From Promethearchaeota archaeon (GTDB lineage: Archaea; Asgardarchaeota; Lokiarchaeia; Sigyniarchaeales; SOKP01): a stretch of 32,106 nt of DNA. The notes beneath the pieces were generated by a model, which was not told the origin of the DNA, made no database searches, and was given only the letters and a program-made list of their open reading frames with translations. A program made the position numbers and the translations under genes. The DNA lies in the NCBI GenBank assembly GCA_019058015.1, contig JAHLWH010000075.1, forward strand, positions 1 to 32,106, in the 5' to 3' direction. This document shows positions 27,191-32,106 of this stretch, in pieces; position 1 is the stretch's first letter; the number at the start of each line of letters is the position of its first letter.

Positions 27191-28132
27191 TTATGACTTC
27201 TTTAAAAAATCTGATATTTTTTCAGCGATCATAACAGCTGCTTGAACTTGTGTTTCTTTTGTTTGGCTTCCAATGTGAGGCGTTAGGATTAAATTACCTT
27301 CAAATTCCCATAATTCCTTTTCTTTAAGTGGTTCTTCTTTATACACATCAAGGGCAGCACCTCCGATTTCCTTATTTTTCAAAGCTTTCAATAACGCCAT
27401 GTCATCAATTAATTTTCCTCTAGCAGTATTGATGATTATTGAATTTTCCTTCATTAATTTTAATCTACTCTCATTGATGATATTTTCAGTTTTAGGTGTT
27501 GCAGGCAGATGTAAAGAGATAATTTGAGCATCTTGTAGTAATTCATCTACAGATGAATAAATACTACACCCTATTTGTTTAGCTTCTTCTATTGCTTTTG
27601 GACCTTTACTAAATCGGGAATACACACCAACGCTCATCCCTAATGCTAATGCTCTTTTAGCCAATTCTTTAGCAATATTTCCAAACCCTACTAAGCCTAA
27701 TTTTTTCCCTTTTAATGTATAACCTAAGTATTGACTTTTATTCCATTCTCCAATATGCATAGTTCGATCTGCATTTGAAATATGTCTTGTTAGAGTAAAC
27801 ATTAATCCTAGCGCTAATTCTGCTACAGAAACGGAAGGTGCCTCTGGCGTATTTAAAACTTCTATATTTAATTCTGCAGCTTTTTTCCTATCTACATTAT
27901 CCAGTCCTACACCTGCTCTTCCAATCACTTTTAAATTGTTTGCATTTTCTAAGACTTCTGCAGTTAATTTAGTTCTTGAACGAACTACGATTCCATCATA
28001 TTCTCCAATTTCTTTTTTCAACTCATCATTTGTTATCGTAAAATTCTTTACAACATCAAAGCCATTATCTTGAAATATTTTAATTCCTTCTTCTTGGAGC
28101 TTATCACTAATTAGTATTTTCATTAATATCAA
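27191..28132 (-). CDS. serA: D-3-phosphoglycerate dehydrogenase (short form, no ACT domain)
   Basis: VVRSRTK, RAGVGLDNVD, GFGNI, NTARG and TPHIG. Confidence 0.85.
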   Translation of the reverse strand: MILMKILISDKLQEEGIKIFQDNGFDVVKNFTITNDELKKEIGEYDGIVVRSRTKLTAEVLENANNLKVIGRAGVGLDNVDRKKAAELNIEVLNTPEAPSVSVAELALGLMFTLTRHISNADRTMHIGEWNKSQYLGYTLKGKKLGLVGFGNIAKELAKRALALGMSVGVYSRFSKGPKAIEEAKQIGCSIYSSVDELLQDAQIISLHLPATPKTENIINESRLKLMKENSIIINTARGKLIDDMALLKALKNKEIGGAALDVYKEEPLKEKELWEFEGNLILTPHIGSQTKETQVQAAVMIAEKISDFLKKS

Positions 28133-28222
28133 TTTTACATAATTTTATTTAATTGGATAATACTTTTAGTAAATTAAGGTTTAAAGAATTTTTTGTTGGT
28201 CTTCAAAAAAAAAGAATTGAAA

Positions 28223-29386
28223 ATGACTAAAAAATTATATTGGAAATACCCTTATAAAACAAGTTTTAAAGCAGAGATTATTGAACTTAAAGAAAAGGGA
28301 TTAATTCTTGACAAGACATTATTTTATCCCCAAGGTGGTGGGCAAGTTTGTGATAAGGGTGTAATTAAGAAAGATAATGAGGAATTTAACGTTAAATTTG
28401 TATCCAAAGAGGGACAAAATATATTACATCATTTATCTGGCAGATTTCAGGATTATTTAAAACAAAAAGATATAATTGATGGAAAGATTGATTGGGAATA
28501 TAGATATGGAGTAATGCGTGCTCATTCTTCTCAACATGTTTTATCTGCTTTAATTAAGAATGAATTTGATATTGATACATCACATGCGAATATTTTTTTT
28601 GAAGATGTTTCTCTTCAAATTGCTCAGAGAATTACCCATGATCAATTCAAACATATTTTATTGGAATTTAATAAAATCTGTACTATAGAAAATCATCATT
28701 TTTATAGTAAATTTATTCCTCTAAAAGAAATTAAAAATCAAAGAGAAATAATCAGAGGGAAAATCCCAGATGAAGACGTCTTAAGAATTATTGAAGTGGA
28801 AAATTGTGATTTAATTTGCTGTGGGGGAACACATGTACAGAATTCGACAGAAATAGGACCAATTTATGTGTATGAATTTAGGAAAGGGAGAGTTATTAAA
28901 TTTATGGTTGGAAATAAAGCGATAAATGAATATTCTAAACAGAATGTTGATTTAATTCGCATAGTGAGTTCATTAAACATTCCAATTACCAAATTACCAA
29001 ACAAAATTGAAAAGCAAATTGATTTAATTTCAAATCTTCAAGAAAAAAACAAAATTTTAGCATTAAAAACATTAGAATTGATTGCTAGAAATCCTAACAT
29101 GACTCTAAATCAGATTAATGTGGGAGTAATAGAAACAGAAATGGATTATAAGATAATTTCTAAAAATTTTAGGAATTTTCCACCAAATTATTTGCTAATC
29201 ATAAAAGATAAGGGAAACAAATTTATGGTTCTTTCGAATAGCCAAAATGCAAAAGCGGATGATGTGGTACAATATTTATTAAAAAGGTTTGGAGGAAAAG
29301 GAGGAGGTAATCCTAGTTCTGCTCAAGTAATTTTACAGAACAATCCAAAGGATATTATTTCTGAAATAAAATTACTTTTAGCATAG
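28223..29386 (+). CDS. alaX: AlaX-type alanyl-tRNA editing protein with C-terminal DHHA1/C-Ala domain
   Basis: FYPQGGGQ, HSSQH, CCGGTHV and GGKGGG; no aminoacylation domain. Confidence 0.85.
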   Translation: MTKKLYWKYPYKTSFKAEIIELKEKGLILDKTLFYPQGGGQVCDKGVIKKDNEEFNVKFVSKEGQNILHHLSGRFQDYLKQKDIIDGKIDWEYRYGVMRAHSSQHVLSALIKNEFDIDTSHANIFFEDVSLQIAQRITHDQFKHILLEFNKICTIENHHFYSKFIPLKEIKNQREIIRGKIPDEDVLRIIEVENCDLICCGGTHVQNSTEIGPIYVYEFRKGRVIKFMVGNKAINEYSKQNVDLIRIVSSLNIPITKLPNKIEKQIDLISNLQEKNKILALKTLELIARNPNMTLNQINVGVIETEMDYKIISKNFRNFPPNYLLIIKDKGNKFMVLSNSQNAKADDVVQYLLKRFGGKGGGNPSSAQVILQNNPKDIISEIKLLLA

Positions 29387-29490
29387 AAACTTTTATTTTT
29401 TTTATAAATCTTAAGAAACTCTCAAATTTTTTTTTAGATAAATGATTTAATCTTTTAAAATTCCCATTGCTTTATCAATTGTTAAATTCT

Positions 29491-29679
29491 TTAACTCTTT
29501 TGCTTTTTATAATGTTCTCCACAAAACCATTCAGCATAAGGTGGATGTCCAACCATTCCTTTTTTTTCCATCATATTCTGCCATTCTTTATCAGATCGAC
29601 GTTTTTTAAAATATATTAACCCTCCGTCATCTGGATAATCTAATCTTTTATGACAAATACAGCAAATTGGAGGTTTCAT
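29491..29679 (-). CDS. Small putative zinc-binding protein, possibly extending to 29447
   Basis: CCIC...GHP...WFCGEH; one extra A at 29504-29508 would add AKELKNLTIDKAMGILKD. Confidence 0.6.
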   Translation of the reverse strand: MKPPICCICHKRLDYPDDGGLIYFKKRRSDKEWQNMMEKKGMVGHPPYAEWFCGEHYKKQKS

Positions 29680-29831
29680 AATAAAATTTCCCGAATTTTT
29701 GTTTTTTATTACTTCTTTTTTTAAAAGTTAATACTACAGTTAAAAATATTTATTTTTTGTATTATTTTTATATTGTTAAGGATACCAAAAATTAACTATG
29801 TTATTATTATCAATTTCAAAAATGGATTATA

Positions 29832-31817
29832 ATGATTAGTCTAGAAGATTTAATAGATATTATATTAACCGAAGTGGACGGCAAAAATGCTTGGGAATGG
29901 GTTGCACGTATTTCTCAATATCATAGAATTCAAGGTTCTGAAGAATATCATAAAATAGCAACAATTATCAAAGATGAACTCTCCAGAATAGGTTTACAAG
30001 ATATAGAATTGTATAAAGCTCCGGCAGATGGCAAAACAAAAACTTGGGAGTGGATTCCGGCTTATCAATGGGAAATCAAGTTGGGGGAACTTTGGATTGT
30101 AGACCCTACAAAAGAAAAATTATGTGATTACAGTAAAATTCCTATGTCTGTAATAACACATTCAAAATCTTGTGATATAACCGCTGAGATAGTAGATGTA
30201 GGATCTGGTTCTTCAAAAGAAGATTATGAAAAAAAGGATGTAAGAGGAAAAATTGTTCTTATGTCAAGTTTAACATATTCTCATCATGAAATTATTGAAA
30301 ATTCAGGAGCAATAGGTGTAATTTATTATCCTGATTTAAAGAGAACTGGAGATAATTATGATATTCACATATATAATAGTTTTTTTACGACTTATGAAAG
30401 AATGGATAAATCAGTATTTGGTTTTAGCATTAGCTATAAACAGGCAGTGCATTTAAAAGAATTGATGGAAAAAGGCCCAGTAAAAGTTCATGCTAAAATA
30501 GATGCTAAGTTTTCAGAAGGAAATCTAGAAGTAATATCTGTGCCAATTTATGGTACTGAGCACCCTGAAGAGGAGATTATTGTCATCGCACACCTTTGTC
30601 ATCCATCTCCTAGTGCAAATGATAATGCAAGTGGTTCAGCAGGAATTTTAGAACTTGCACGTACTCTTTCTTATTTAATTTCTAAAAAATTGATTGAACC
30701 ACCAAAACGAACCATAAGATTTGTTTGGGTGCCCGAATATAATGGAACTATTCCTTGGGTTAAGAAATATGAAGATAGAGTAAAAAAAGGGGTCGCTTGT
30801 ATCAATCTTGATATGATTGGAGAACATCGATTAAAAATTGGATTTCCATTATTGATATTTTCAGCACCTTTTTCGACACCATCAATTTTAAACGATATAA
30901 TCAAATATTTCGTTAAAAAAATTGCTGACCATCCTAAAGGCATTGCAGTTAATGGTACTAAAGCACCATTAAGTTATAGAATGAAAGCTTTTGATGGAGG
31001 TAGCGACCATACTGTTTTTGCTGATTCTTATTTTGGAATCCCTGCATTAATGTTAAACCATGATGATCCTTATTATCATTCATCAATGGATACTATTGAA
31101 TATTGCGATTCTTCAGAGCTTCAGAGGGTGATTGGAATTGCAGCATGTACTTCATATATATTAGCATCTTTCGATGAAAAATGGTTAAATGTGATTTGGC
31201 CATTAATTCATAAAGGTATTTATGAACGGTTAAGTAATTCAATAAGTTTAGTTGATATTCTATTAATTGAGTTGAAATTAAGAAACGAAAAAATGGAGAT
31301 TCAGCAGATAAATGAGAAAATTGCATTAGCTTTTGATTTAATCAACACATCTCAAATTTATGAGTTCGATTTAATAAATTCAATAACAAAACTTGAAAAA
31401 AATTTAAATAAAAATATTTTTATTAAGTCTGCTTTAAGTGAAATTGATTTGTGGTCAAGCGACCAGAATATCAGATTGAAAGAAAGATTAAAAGTTTGTA
31501 TTAAGAATATACAAAATTTAGATACTATTGATATCTATTCAAATCGATACCAACGTAAATATAAAGGTCCTATTGAGATGGATATATTGATTGAAATTTC
31601 AAAATTATCTTTATTTAAAGAATTCACTGAAAAATTATCATATAAGTTTTTTGGGCCAATTTCCGAAATTATTAACCTATTAGATAAAGGAAAAAGCATA
31701 TTGAGAATTAGTAGCTTCCTTTCACTTCAATATGAAAGAATAATTTTTCCAAGTACAATTCAAGAATTAGTGAACTTATTAGAAGATAAACAAATTATAA
31801 ATAGATCTACGATTTAA
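29832..31817 (+). CDS. M28-family peptidase with PA domain (DUF4910-like)
   Basis: AHLCHP, ANDNASG, PE, NLDMIG, GSDH and YYHSSMD. Confidence 0.88.
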   Translation: MISLEDLIDIILTEVDGKNAWEWVARISQYHRIQGSEEYHKIATIIKDELSRIGLQDIELYKAPADGKTKTWEWIPAYQWEIKLGELWIVDPTKEKLCDYSKIPMSVITHSKSCDITAEIVDVGSGSSKEDYEKKDVRGKIVLMSSLTYSHHEIIENSGAIGVIYYPDLKRTGDNYDIHIYNSFFTTYERMDKSVFGFSISYKQAVHLKELMEKGPVKVHAKIDAKFSEGNLEVISVPIYGTEHPEEEIIVIAHLCHPSPSANDNASGSAGILELARTLSYLISKKLIEPPKRTIRFVWVPEYNGTIPWVKKYEDRVKKGVACINLDMIGEHRLKIGFPLLIFSAPFSTPSILNDIIKYFVKKIADHPKGIAVNGTKAPLSYRMKAFDGGSDHTVFADSYFGIPALMLNHDDPYYHSSMDTIEYCDSSELQRVIGIAACTSYILASFDEKWLNVIWPLIHKGIYERLSNSISLVDILLIELKLRNEKMEIQQINEKIALAFDLINTSQIYEFDLINSITKLEKNLNKNIFIKSALSEIDLWSSDQNIRLKERLKVCIKNIQNLDTIDIYSNRYQRKYKGPIEMDILIEISKLSLFKEFTEKLSYKFFGPISEIINLLDKGKSILRISSFLSLQYERIIFPSTIQELVNLLEDKQIINRSTI

Positions 31818-31925
31818 AAGAAAGAAATTAAGAAAGAAAATTAAATAAAAAATTAACAGATTTCCGATTAGGAATGAATTTTTATAAAAAAAATGAGATA
31901 TTTAAATAAATTAAAGTATTTCTTT

Positions 31926-32106
31926 TTATTTTAATTCTGAGACAATTTCTGCCAAAACATTTAACATTTCTTCAAGATCTTTTAAAATTATTTCGCCCAT
32001 ATGTCCAATTCTGAAAGTTTTATTCTTTAAGGAGCCATAACCATTTACAATTCGATAACCTTTCTCCAATAACATAGAGACCATTTTTCCAATATCAATG
32101 TTTAAT
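31926..32106 (-). CDS. 3' end of a class-V PLP aminotransferase (serine-pyruvate/phosphoserine type)
   Basis: Minus frame ...EKGYRIVNGYGSLKNKTFRIGHMGEI...ELK*; runs off the window end. Confidence 0.85.
   Translation of the reverse strand, partial: LNIDIGKMVSMLLEKGYRIVNGYGSLKNKTFRIGHMGEIILKDLEEMLNVLAEIVSELK

Noticed and set aside
1556-31326. Short nested or antisense ORFs in the track (1556, 3074, 3513, 5694, 8977, 10827, 12199, 13480, 13877, 15385, 17384, 18075, 18471, 20162, 21879, 23559, 24080, 26114, 30671, 31093)
   Set aside because: They overlap well-supported genes and lack motifs; treated as shadow ORFs.

Overview
AT-rich archaeal window, most likely from an Asgard archaeon of the Lokiarchaeia type. 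This is inferred from the Vps2/24/46-Vps4-Vps25-Vps22/36 ESCRT cluster and an archaeal tRNA with a bulge-helix-bulge (BHB) intron. Bases ~1-8700 form an accessory island against the 3' end of a tRNA-Gly(GCC) that carries a non-canonical 28/29 intron. Four same-orientation copies of an unannotated ~60-100 bp bipartite repeat (about 1873, 4162, 7201, 8241) cut the island into cassette-like blocks. The blocks hold a membrane-anchored transglutaminase-like protein, a broken C5 DNA methyltransferase, a Pycsar-like cyclase/TM-effector pair, a ParB fused to a Rad50-like zinc-hook coiled coil with an unknown partner, a tandem winged-helix pair and several tiny RHH genes. No integrase is in the window. 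Bases 8841-32106 are mostly core genes: PfkB kinase, DUF2961/GH172, a GPH-type MFS transporter, the ESCRT cluster with a FYVE/RING-like zinc-finger gene, NIP7, a PIN module, an RsmB/NOP2 methyltransferase, CYTH, HD protein, HypC, nucleotidyltransferase, SIS protein, DUF1015, SerA, AlaX, M28 peptidase and a partial class-V aminotransferase. All calls come from motif reading by eye; no database searches were run.
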